From Octopus sinensis (Eukaryota): DNA of 64,000 nt. The translations under genes and the position numbers were made by a program. The stretch lies in NCBI RefSeq assembly GCF_006345805.1, contig NC_043006.1, positions 9,796,001 through 9,860,000 of the forward strand, in the 5' to 3' direction. Shown one piece after another: positions 27,099 to 38,570 of the stretch; the stretch's first letter is position 1; each line of letters begins with the position of its first letter. The notes under the pieces were generated by a model, which worked only from the letters and a program-made list of their open reading frames with translations, made no database searches and was not told the DNA's origin.

Positions 27099-27388
27099 AA
27101 TTGCAGCGTGGAAGGTGTTTGTAAGCCATTTACGAAACACACAAAAGCCGTTCGATTCACTTCAACATCTAAGTATAATTTGTCAAAATATTTTCGTCGC
27201 ATTAAGACTGATCACCGACAAAAATCCGCTTTAAGACTGATCACTGACAAAAATCCGTGCTGCATCTCAGATGCAGCACGAAAATATAAAGCGACGAAAA
27301 TATTTTGACAAATTAAACTTAAATTTTGAAGTGAATCGAACGGCTTTTGTGTGTTTCTTAAATGGCTTAGAAAAACGTTCCACGCTGC

Positions 27389-27392
<4 letters not shown>
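27099..27392. repeat. Inverted dimer of the family-3 (G3:C8 HHR) repeat
   Basis: AATTGCAGCGTGGAA at 27099 pairs with TTCCACGCTGCAATT at 27378-27392. The junction is a perfect 12-bp IR around C27268. The left arm has a ~30-bp tandem duplication and the right arm a deletion. Confidence 0.9.
27180..27221 (-). ncRNA. Minimal type-I hammerhead variant with G3:C8 core (family 3)
   Basis: Minus strand: TTGTCG GTGATCA GTC-ttaatgc-GAC GAAA ATAT T T TGACAA; stem III palindrome AATATT; triplet UUU. Confidence 0.7.
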
Positions 27393-27449
<57 letters not shown>

Positions 27450-27456
<7 letters not shown>

Positions 27457-27648
27457 GAAAGAAGGTTTGAAAATGCAATTTAAAAGTTGTTTATTTACTT
27501 TACGGGTTTCACTCTTTGGAAAAAGATTGTCAAAAGTAACATGTAGAACTTCTACATGTTACTTTTGAGAATCTTTTTCCAAAGAGTGAAACCGGTAAAG
27601 TAAATAAACATCTTTTAAATTGCATTTTCAATCCTTCTTTCGTATATA
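27450..27648. repeat. 199-bp palindrome (99-bp arms, central C27549, 4 mismatches)
   Basis: Checked base by base; mismatches at 27466/27632 (T,T), 27487/27611 (T,T), 27504/27594 (G,G), 27529/27569 (G,G). Confidence 0.97.
27559..27603 (+). ncRNA. HHR-like motif with U3:A8 core (family 4); mirror copy on minus strand at 27495-27539
   Basis: Stem I TTACTT/AAGTAA; core TTGAGAA; TCTTT-ttcc-AAAGA plus 2 unpaired nt; GAAA; stem III ACCGGT; site GUA. The stem II junction is imperfect. Confidence 0.5.
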
Positions 27649-27683
27649 ATTCCACTCGTGAGGTACCCCACAACTCCACTTTG

Positions 27684-27723
<40 letters not shown>

Positions 27724-27989
27724 AGAGAGAGAGGGGGGAAAGACACAATGAGAATGTGAAAAGACTAAGGTGAAGAAGAAGATTGGACTACATTTGCTTC
27801 CATTTTGGGGGTTCAGAACGTGCTTTATAAAAGTTAAAATACTATATGTATATTTGAATAAATCGTCGTAGTCCAAATCATAAATCAATATATATTTCTC
27901 TATCCTATACTATATAACCATTAAAATTGGTGTTAAGTGTCTTTTGATTTGCGTATTTCGGTCGCTTTAATATGTTTATAACCATTGAA

Positions 27990-28220
27990 GCATACGAGCT
28001 GGCAAAATTACAAGCACGCCGAACAAAATATGTATCAACATTTCGTCCGTCTCTACACTCTGAGCTCCACAGAGCTGGAATTTACCATTTGATGCTTTCG
28101 GGAGACTTTACTCTTCATAGTTTCGGAGTCGGTATAATAAATATCAGTTGAATAGTGGGGTCAATGTAATCAACTTAACTTATACTCCGAAGTTGCTGGC
28201 CCTCTACCAAAATTTTAAAC
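27990..28220 (+). mobile_element. SINE family B, old degraded copy
   Basis: GAGCTGGCAAAATT..AGCACGCCG, TTTCGTCCGTCT, TGGGGTCAATGTAATCAACTT. Confidence 0.55.
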
Positions 28221-28899
28221 CAGTATTTTAAATCTATTATTTATGAACATTATATGTGCATTTTATGCTCCATATTTTAGAAAAGTAAATATAACTGCAA
28301 ATTTTATAGGCATAAAATTTTATTTTCTCATTGCAAGTTCGCGTATCCTTTGGCTCTCCTTTTCTATTAGGTCAAAACTGAATTTTACATAACAACGTTC
28401 AACTTTCGTTGATAGAAACCCGAATATAAAATACAAAGTAGACTATATTTATCTCGAAAATCCTGAATCCTCCATTTTTAGGAAGGAAATTTGTGTGCTG
28501 TACGCGACACATAAAAACCCAGTCATTCGTATTCGTTTAAAGACTCTTGAATAGTACCCAATTCAATTCAACACAGTTATAATGAACCTTCGAAAACTTC
28601 TGTTGCTCCTCGACCCATTGAAATTTCTGTATCTGAGTATAAATGAAGAAAAATAATTCATTAGACGATGAACCCTACCGTATGATATGAATTACACTAC
28701 AGGGTTGTGTATATTCCTGAAGGCGGAGAGAATTTCAGTCTTCTCTTTCTTACCTCAAAGAAGGGTCATTGTAGTCACGGGAAGCATAAAAAGATCAATT
28801 AACAACTACTCCTGCTCCAATTGAGCCGCATATCCTACTGATAAATATATCGGACACTATTGATGTAATAAAAACAACAAATGAGATTGCAAGTACGCA

Positions 28900-29130
28900 T
28901 ATTATTATTATTATTATTATTATTATTTCATATTTGACTTTTGCTTTACATTTGTACAAGGTGGATCCAAGTCACACCCAGAGACCTCAAGAGACAACAA
29001 GTTGGAGGTTCGTGTTGGTGTTATGCCTAGGTTGCCATATATTTGGTTTTGTACATAGTGTTGTTCTAGAGAATGTTTAAGAAACCATAAGAAAATTGTG
29101 TTTATTTTAAAACTCGAGATTACGTAGAAT
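28900..29130 (-). mobile_element. LINE 3' end with (TAA)n tail, same family as 22230-22510
   Basis: Shared block in reverse complement; (ATT)n at 28901-28926. Confidence 0.6.
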
Positions 29131-29139
29131 TATTATTAT

Positions 29140-29430
29140 TATTATATTAGTATTATTATTATTATTATATTATTATTATTATTATTATATTATTATTATT
29201 ACATGAAACCTCAACTCACAGCTTATTTCGCTAAGTATGATGTAGAGCATCAGCTCTCAATAGCCAGCAGACTAAGGTGAAACGTGTTTACTGGTTATGC
29301 TTCAAGAACCCTGCGAAGAAAAATTGCAGTTCCAAGCAATGCTGATTTTTGTAGGTATTCTACCTTGCAACGATCTTTTTCAGGCATGTTGGAAGTTGAG
29401 TGATGATACTCCCAAGTGCACCATACTTCT
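29140..29430 (-). pseudogene. R4/Dong-like LINE 3' fragment with (TAA)n tail
   Basis: GALGSII...YLQKSALLGTAIFLRRVLEA*, then a short 3' UTR and (TAA)n. Confidence 0.7.
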
Positions 29431-29778
29431 ACTCTGAAAATAAATCAAGGACGGCGTGCCTTCTTGAGAAACAACGAAATAGAGTATCAATGGATACTAT
29501 AGGAACGATTCTTACAGGCTAAAGAAGGCAGTGCCGTGCATTTTTAGTATTTTATATAATGTTGGTTAAATTAATGAAAGGAAAATTTTAACATATACTA
29601 CAATAACATTACGACCATGTTTTCTCTAACAACGCACACAAACAGCCATCGGAGCATTCTGGAACCTCATACTTTCTCTCTTTCCCTTTTTTCTCACCCT
29701 CCCCCCTCACTTTCACACAAACGTACTTTCTGTCTCTCTCCTTCTCGCTCTCTCTCTTTCTCTCTCTCTCTCTCTTTC

Positions 29779-29818
<40 letters not shown>

Positions 29819-31271
29819 GACTAACATTAATAGAAAACACCGAAAACTTCAACAAGTTATAATCCTAACAATTATAATCCATAAAGTTTCACTCGTGATC
29901 TTAATTTTATCTATAGCAAACTAAGAACCGCAAATATTAATCTTCTACAATAGTGTCAGAATAAAATTTAACTGCTGAGAATCGCTAAGTGATTACAGAA
30001 TGTATTTGCCAGGTATTTCTCCCATGTATGAAATGGTTGTACTATTATGCAACAACCGTGCGAGCCACTTGTAATTGAGAAACGTTCACACATCTATACA
30101 CTTGCAAACGCTACTCTACAGCTGTATACTGTATTAATTATCGGTTACAATACTACGAATATTACATTGTTTTTCAGAAACAAATCTACTTGCATATCTC
30201 TTCCAAGCCGAGTGAACATTTACCTTTTTTCATTATATCAAAAACTAGAGTTTGTCACTAGCTACTAACCCCAGTCGGCTTGCGTTAAACGTCACTATTC
30301 GGAATCTTCTTTGAGTGTATGATTTTTCAGGAGACGTTGGCTGGCAGATAGGTAAACTTATCTTTAATCGTACCAATCCTAACGGTTTTAGGCTTCTCCG
30401 GATATCATGGTGAAATAACATTCACGTTATAGGAATATTCTGTATTAATCCACATATGAATTTATCCGAAACTCATTTCCGAACAGGATTCGAATTCGCA
30501 ATTTCAAGCGACGTAATCAGGTTACTACTGCTGCAGCTCCACCGAATCGATACACGTACCAACTTGTTACTGATAAGCATTTTCGGAAAATCTAAAACGA
30601 ACACTTATACTATACTGAACGCACGCACGTCTGTATGAGGTTATTCACCTGTACAATCTACTCATTAAAATACATTGGCTGCGTTTTCTGAAAGATTTTC
30701 ATGCCAAAACATAATTGTTTTGAAGTTGTTATCTCGCGCTAACATTGCAACAGGCTATAATATTGTCAGAAATTAACGTAACCCAGATCTAGCGTAGCTG
30801 CACAGAGAAACGACATTATAACGAATGAATTCTTCTCTTTCGGGGCTAAGAAAATCCCAAACTTATACTGTATGAAAGCAATGCCTAAAACGGACGATTA
30901 TATTAAATAAAATATACGCAATTTCTTTCTATTCAGAAATTATCAAACCAAATATATTGACACAGTGCCAATAGCGAGAGTTCATTTACTAGCCGTAACT
31001 TTCAGAGATAAATGCATTTCGTGAGTGAAACAGCTCGGAAAATACACGCTATAGAAATAAGAATTTTACAGGTAGATATTAAAATACGAATTTATCCGGG
31101 AGACATTACTAGCTTTGGAAAATCTTAAAATCATACAGTTAAATGCTGCGATTACTATTCTGTAAGTCAAGCAACTCGTTAAATTAGCGCATTTGAAGAA
31201 GCCGGCACGATATTATCTATATTTTTTATATCAAAATTCTTCATCTACGTGTAATCTTCAGAAATATATAT

Positions 31272-31358
<87 letters not shown>

Positions 31359-31481
31359 TACAATATACATATATATATATATATCCGTAATAATGAAGGG
31401 TGAAATTAATTAATTTGGAATAATTATCAATTACACCAAGTAGTCTTCGGCATGTAAAAGCCTCATTCGAGGAAAATTTAA

Positions 31482-31655
31482 GTAATACTAAGCAATAAGG
31501 GTTTAGCAACGAATTGCCTTACCACATACCGAATTTAGAAATAGCAGTCAAAGAGTTATAGCTAGTAGAAGAAATAGCTATAACTCTTTGACTGCTATTT
31601 CTAAATTCGGTATGTGGTAAGGCAATTCGTTGCTAAACCCTTTATTGCTTAGTAT

Positions 31656-31658
<3 letters not shown>
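31482..31658. repeat. Fold-back palindrome, 83/84-bp arms, 10-nt loop
   Basis: 31482-31564 equals the reverse complement of 31575-31658 except for one extra T. Confidence 0.97.
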
Positions 31659-31692
<34 letters not shown>

Positions 31693-31721
31693 CACAAACG
31701 TATATGCACACACATTCATAC

Positions 31722-31770
<49 letters not shown>

Positions 31771-31773
<3 letters not shown>

Positions 31774-32690
31774 GTATATAAGACGGGTTTCTCTCAGTTT
31801 CGCTCTACCAAAGAGATAGTAATAAGACGGAGTGAGGTGTTTAGATTTCTGTTGGTCGGTATGTTGGTAGGAATGTCCATGTGCTGATGTATAGTGGTAT
31901 AGATTGATGTGGATGTTATGTTTAGAGATTTAGTACGTGCGAGTGTGAAGCAAACGAGAATGCAGTAGTAATGCTTTGTGTGCACTATACTCGTTACTCG
32001 TTTACTCGGTTACTTGTTTCAGTCATTTGACTGCGGCCATGCTGGAGCACCGCCTTTAATCGAGCAACTCGACCCCGGGACTTATTCTTTTGTAAGCCCA
32101 GTACTTATTCTATCGGTCTCTTTTGCCGAACACCTAAGTAACGGGGACATAAACACACCAGCATCGGCTGTCAAGCAATGCTAGGGGGACAAACACAGAT
32201 ACACAAACACACACACATATATATACATATATATATATATACGTATATAAGACGGGTTTCTCTCAGTTTCGCTCTACCAAAGAGATAGTAATAAGACGGA
32301 GTGAGGTGTTTAGATTTCTGTTGGTCGGTATGTTGGTAGGAATGTCCATGTGCTGATGTATAGTGGTATAGATTGATGTGGATGTTATGTTTAGAGATTT
32401 AGTACGTGCGAGTGTGAAGCAAACGAGAATGCAGTAGTAATGCTTTGTGTGCACTATACTCGTTACTCGTTTACTCGGTTACTTGTTTCAGTCATTTGAC
32501 TGCGGCCATGCTGGAGCACCGCCTTTAATCGAGCAACTCGACCCCGGGACTTATTCTTTTGTAAGCCCAGTACTTATTCTATCGGTCTCTTTTGCCGAAC
32601 ACCTAAGTAACGGGAACATAAACACACCAGCATCGGCTGTCAAGCAATGCTAGGGGGACAAACACAGATACACAAACACACACACATACA
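31771..32690 (+). repeat. 469-bp tandem duplication containing the 3' half of SINE A
   Basis: Identical ORFs offset by 469 (31794/32263); one substitution seen in the SINE part (GGGGAC vs GGGAAC). Confidence 0.93.
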
Positions 32691-32871
32691 TATATACATA
32701 TATACGACAGGCTTCCTTCAGTTTCCGTCTACCAAATAAATCAACTCACAAGGCTTTGGTCGGCCCGAGGCTATAGTAGAAGACACTTGCCCAAGGTGCC
32801 ACGCTGTGGGACTGAACCCGGAACCATGTGGTTGGTAAACAAGCTACTTACCACACAGCCACGCCTGCGCC
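32454..32871 (-). mobile_element. Full-length SINE family A (3' half also duplicated at 31985-32215)
   Basis: Matches 23053-23462. Confidence 0.9.
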
Positions 32872-32913
32872 TATATGTGTATTCAAAGCGATGAATATGT
32901 GTGTGGTATTGCT

Positions 32914-33120
32914 CCTCGGCGGAATTTGAACTCAGAATTGCGTCTGTCGTTGCGTTCTGAGTTCAAATTCCGCCGAGGTCGACTTTGCCTTTCATCCTTT
33001 CAGGGTCGATAAATTAAGTACCAGTTACGCACTGGGGTCGATGTAATCGACTTAATCCCTTTGTCTGTCCTTGTTTGTCCCCTCTATGTTTAGCCCCTTG
33101 TGGGTAATAAAAGAAATAGG
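32914..33120 (+). mobile_element. 5'-truncated SINE family B with inverted 5' duplication and 9-bp TSD
   Basis: 32914-32937 is the reverse complement of 32955-32978; GGTATTGCT at 32905-32913 and 33119-33127. Confidence 0.9.
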
Positions 33121-33294
33121 TATTGCTATATGCAAGGAAGTAATGAGCGAAGGTCGGGAAAGTAGAAAAAGACGTAAGAGTTCGGGTAGAGGAGTGAAGA
33201 GAGAGAAATATCAGCTGTAATACAAAACACCGGTAAAAGAAAAGAGAGGGAAAATAAATTATGCGAAGAAAAAGCTAAGAAAAAATTATATATA

Positions 33295-33703
33295 GGCGTA
33301 GGAGTGACTGTGTGGTAAGTTGCCTGATTACCAACCACATGGTTCCGGGTTCAGTACCACTGCGTGGCACCTTGGGCAAGTGTCTTCCACTATAACCTCG
33401 GGCCGACCAAAGCCTTGTGAGTGGATTTGGTAGACGGAAACTGAAAGAAGCCCATTGTATATATGTATATATATATGTGTGTATATGTTTGTGTGTCTGT
33501 GTTTGCCCTCCCCCCCCCAACATTGCTTGACAACCGATGCTGGTGTATTTACATCCCTGTAACTTAGCGGTTCGGCAAAAGAGACCGATAGAATAAGTAC
33601 TAGGCTTACAAAGAATAAGTCCTGGGGTCGATTTGCTCGACTAAAGGCGGTGCTCCAGCATGGCCACAGTCAAATGACTGAAACATGTAAAAGAGTAAAA
33701 GAG
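33295..33703 (+). mobile_element. Full-length SINE family A
   Basis: A/B boxes, body and (GAGTAAAA) tail. Confidence 0.92.
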
Positions 33704-34290
33704 AGAGAGAGTATATCATCGCTAAAAATGATGGGGTGGTTACGCATCATTATTGACAAGTCCGGGTAGGTTTGAATAATCGTTCTAAACACGGTAAGAA
33801 ATGAGGCACAGTCAAGAGGAAAGTTTGTGTGTCAAGTAACTTTCACGTTAAAAAAAATTTTAAAAAATAAAGAGTAAAACAGAATTATTCTAAAAAAAAT
33901 GCGCTAATTTTAGAATGTCCGTTGACTCCGATGCTGGTGAAGAAGTAGTTACGATGTATAATAGACAATTTTCTTAAAATTTTGGAATATCTTACGAAGA
34001 AATTAACTAGTAAATATTTATAATTCAGAAGTGCTTCTATGCCTCTTGTTAAAAAGCTATGTATTTATATTTCTATAGATTGAATGATTATACAAAGTCT
34101 CACGGATGGAATAATGTTAGTTTAGGTTAAGATATTAGAAGTGTTCTTATTTCGAGAAGTATATACGTACAAATTGAATATTTCTGAACAAATTATTTTG
34201 CATGACATGGAATATTCATTTTTATTGCTTTGGTTGTAAATGGCTCCGTACACTCACGTACTACAAGAATGTAATTCATTTGCATAAATC

Positions 34291-35049
34291 TCAGGTCATT
34301 AAGAATGAAACGTGCGATTTTCTTATGCGCCGAGTACGACAGGCGTTAACACTAATGTTTCACCTTGACGATTCTTTGTTATACAACATTGAAAAGTTAC
34401 ATCACTTTTCGAAATACAATTTATATTGTGAGTTTTCTCTTGTGAATCAGTTTTTGTGAACCCATGGATAGATCAAATATTCGTGTTGTTTATGAATATG
34501 AGTTCCGTCGTGGAACCAATGCATCCAAGACAACTTCAAACATCAATGAGGTGTTTGTTAAAGATGTGACGAATGAGTGCACTGTACCTCAATGGTTTGA
34601 GAAGTTTCGTTCTGGTGACTTTAATCTTGAAATTCAGCCATGTGGTAGACCTGAGACCAAGGTGAATAATGCTGAGCTGAAAACGATAGTGGAAGCGGAT
34701 ACATCTCAAACTAAGCGTGGGTTAGCAGCAAGGTTTGATGTTGCAATTCCAACTGTATTGGACCATCTGTAGCAAATCGGGAAGGTAGAAGAAGCTGGAC
34801 AAGTGGCTACTACACGAAATGAACGAGCATCGAATGACATATCGTCTTGAAATTGCTTTTTTGAAAAAGATGCCAAAACAGTCTTTCGTGATTTCATCAC
34901 CTCGTCTTCCCCAGAATAAATCAATAAGCTACTGATAAAATGGCAAAATTGTGTTGATAATTTAGGTGCATACTTTCATCAACTGAATTGCTTTTTGTTG
35001 AGATAAAGTAAAATAAGCAAAGTTGTACGTTTCGTTCTGAATGACTTGA
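34291..35049 (+). mobile_element. Internally deleted mariner with TIRs
   Basis: Imperfect 23-bp TIRs (34291-34313, 35027-35049, TA on the right). ORF 34464-34772 encodes the HTH region (YEFRRG, WFEKFRSGDFNL, GRP) and is joined to C-terminal INKLLIKWQNCVDNLGAYF. The catalytic centre is absent. Confidence 0.9.
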
Positions 35050-36943
35050 TACCTTCGAGAGGAATACATTTCCTTCTAATGGGAAGTTTGCGAAAACAAA
35101 TACAAGAAGATAATGAACACGTCAGTTAAAAAAATCTAAGATTCAAATATTTTTTTTTTTATTACATTTAATAATGTTACCTTTGATAACTTTATCTTTG
35201 CGATAAACATCTTGTAATTCATATTACTGTAATTTGTCTCACTTCCTTTTCGCAAATATATTTAGGTAGTAAGAGTAACCACCTGGCAGATAGAAGAGTC
35301 CTACTGGCGCCGAACCTTTAAATTCAATTGCTGCAGTAAAACTGCAAGGAAATTACATGCACTTTATTTAATATATTCGACTATTTCAGAGTTACATAGT
35401 TTTATTTGCAATAACAGATATTTGAATAGCTGAATAAAGAAGCGTTTATTGTGTAATTACATTCTAAATAGAATTACTTGAGGATATGATTACAACTTAT
35501 TGCACCATTCGGACGAGATAGGTATTCGAAAACAAGCCAGCCTTGACGTCAAATTATTTCACCCAATGGAAACATTCATCCTTTCATTTCTAGCTCTAAT
35601 GTTTTTCATTCTATCGTCTGTAATCTATTGTCACTTAGTTTTAGGAATTTGCAAATACATTTTTGTCTAAAATCCGGTAACGGAAACAGCAAATCAAAAT
35701 ATCTATTTACGTACCCATGTCTTAAAATGTTTATAAAACCGTGCAAATGTGAGGAAGGATACAATTGAGAATATCGAATACACACAAAAAAAAATGTTTG
35801 GTAAATTATCTGCGTCTCCATAGTTAAGGTGAGAAAATCTAACCCTCAAATTCTGGAAAAGAGCCAACCGTTTAGCCAAAACATTGTTGTAGTACAATGA
35901 ATTGTAGTCAATTTAGCTTTTACTTATACGCTACGATGAGCAACTGCGCTATCACAGGCAAAAGCAGAGAGGACTGAAATTGGAGTTAATGTCCATTTTA
36001 AAGATTGCTTTGCAAATAAGAATTATTCTGCTAGTGTATTCTACATTCTTTCTGCATAAGTGAGCTATGCTACATGCAGGAGTACATGTATGATAGCAAT
36101 ACTTATTCTAGGCAATATGAAAGAGGTTACACATGCAATCCTACATGTGACGATATCACAACAGTAATAATGCTTTCAGAGATGGTTTAGCCACCCAACA
36201 AAAGTGATGCTAGAGTATTTTCCTTAAACGCAATTTTAACTACAAATCTCGTCCCCAATGATTTTTTAGAAATATGTTATAGATACTCAGTTTAATGATG
36301 TGGGTGACAGTTACTGTACATGCACATTTCATTAGGGCTTATAGTTCAGATTCGTGGGACACATATAGGATGTATGTTTAATGAGCTAATGTGAAATCCT
36401 TTGAGGTCAATATATTATTAAAATTAGTAACACATCACAGGCCCCAGAAGAGAATAAGAGAATTGAGGTAAGTACAACGAGACCCAGTGTATCAAAATAA
36501 CAAATGAAGTGATTAAAACATTACTTTCCTCACTCAGTAACGTCTATGGAGTAACTCAAAAAATTAGCAAACAAATAGAATGCCTTTCTTGATAAATGCA
36601 TTTGGCATTATCAGCTGGATGTATTTACTTGGTATTCCAGCAAAACAAGCATTTCTTTTCTCTTTTCATATCAAAATTTGAATAGTTTCAACATTGGTTA
36701 TAAAAGACTAACCGTTCAATCGTGGGATTATTGCATTTTAAAGGTGAGAGTCACAAGGAAATGTTTGTAACTTTGTTCTTATAAGAACGCTTTCAGAACG
36801 GAATTACCACTTTTCTCCCGTTCTAGTGAAGTGTCGTTGTCCTTGAATGATGGAAGAAAATATAGGATATATGTCATATCTATTTGTCTATCTACATTTA
36901 CATACACACACACACACACACACACACATACACACACATGCAT

Positions 36944-36974
<31 letters not shown>

Positions 36975-37679
36975 GCATGTATATGTATATGTATATCTTG
37001 TATATATGTATATATGTATTGATAACTATATTCTCTCATTCATGTCCACGTATACACGCACAAATACACGTATATCAGAAAACCATTTAGGAAGTACAAA
37101 TCTTAAATATAAAACTGGTCTTAGTTGGTGGCAAATTTCGAAGTGGAAAGTGTGAACAAAGCAATAGAGGTGATATCAATGACCTTAGTTGAAAGACGAT
37201 TTGATTTCTATATTTCTTTTGCATTGAGAAAAAAATAAACTTCTTTAGCAACGGCTTTTTGCTGAAAATATCAGCATGGCCTGACGTATCCCCTTCTCGC
37301 AGCATTTTGAGAGTTTTCGAGATGTTCGAGAGGCTGTGAGAAGATTGCACGCAGTTTTATGTAAACAATTTTTAACATTTATTTTGCTCTTGCCGAAACA
37401 AAATATTCAATATATATATATAGCCATGAAAATAAATTTGGTTGTATATTAACACTAATTATAAATATATTTAGGGAAAAATAGGAGTAGCGTAGTGAAT
37501 AATTGAATACACCCACATAAGCATGCGCACAATAGAAAGATAGATGCGCTTAAACTTATGTGTGTATGTATATGTGTGTATACTCGAGCAATGCAAGCAC
37601 ACATTATTTATCCACATACATAAACACATTCACACTCTCACATGTATTTGGATTATGCATGTATGTATGTATGTGTCAT

Positions 37680-38570
37680 TATTCAGTTTTATTCCAAGAT
37701 ATTTTTGCCAATAGAGAAAGAGCCGATTTCTAAACTAGATTCAAGTTTGCTCCATTGAAAAGTCAACAATATCAACAGGGTGTTTTTTAAGTATATTTAC
37801 GTGCCGATTTGTATGTTTTGATCTATATATGGATTTCCATGTATATAACTGGATATCTAAACATGCTCATATATATTTAAATGGTAAACTTCTGGAAAGT
37901 TTTGGATAGTTACAGTCCGCAATGTGTGGCTTGAATTTTTAGTCTTCGAATCCGCTTTTTCCTTTATGGTTTTGAGAAGTCTAATTTCTGAAGATTGGTA
38001 TTTAGGCAGTGTGTTACATATCACAGTGTCCCAATAATGCCAGATATAAAACTGAATTTGTATTCTGAGTAGAGTATCTGTAGATTTCTCAACAGTTCAG
38101 CGTCAGTGTTCTCTTTCTCGCTGATATTTACTTTCAAGTTAACATCCGCTGGACTGCTGATTTCCACAAATGTGCACAGTTTCTCTTTTCTATCCCAAAT
38201 TATTATATCAGATCTACTGTGTTGGCAGTTTATTGAGGATTTCACTGGGACATTCCTACAGTACTCCTTTTCAATTATGAGTGGATATGGCTTGCACCAT
38301 GGTGTGTGTTCTTATTTCTTTATCCTCGGTGTTATCATTCCGACGATTCTCATTATACAATGTGCTAGCTTCAACATCGGTAGATAACACAGTCATGACA
38401 TTTTCAAACAATTGCTTATGATGTGATGATATCTTCGGTGCTACCTCCACAAAGTCTGCATCGGCTGTCACATTTCGCTGCTTTTCCTGCATCCCTGTCC
38501 TTTTTGTTTGTGTATCAGATTGATATTTCCTGTTCCTGCAAACTCATACCCTTCAAAATTAGAGTTAGTA
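37680..38570 (-). pseudogene. R4/Dong-like (restriction-like endonuclease) LINE 3' fragment
   Basis: CRLC..EDI.HIISNC (CCHC, 38408-38460), SDIIIWDRKEKLCTFVEISSPAD..KEN, GIIGTL, then 3' UTR. Confidence 0.82.

Noticed and set aside
31430-31480. Minus-strand HHR-like layout (TCGAATGA GGC...GCC GAAG)
   Set aside because: Non-canonical core, no A15.1-U16.1 pair, no stem I.
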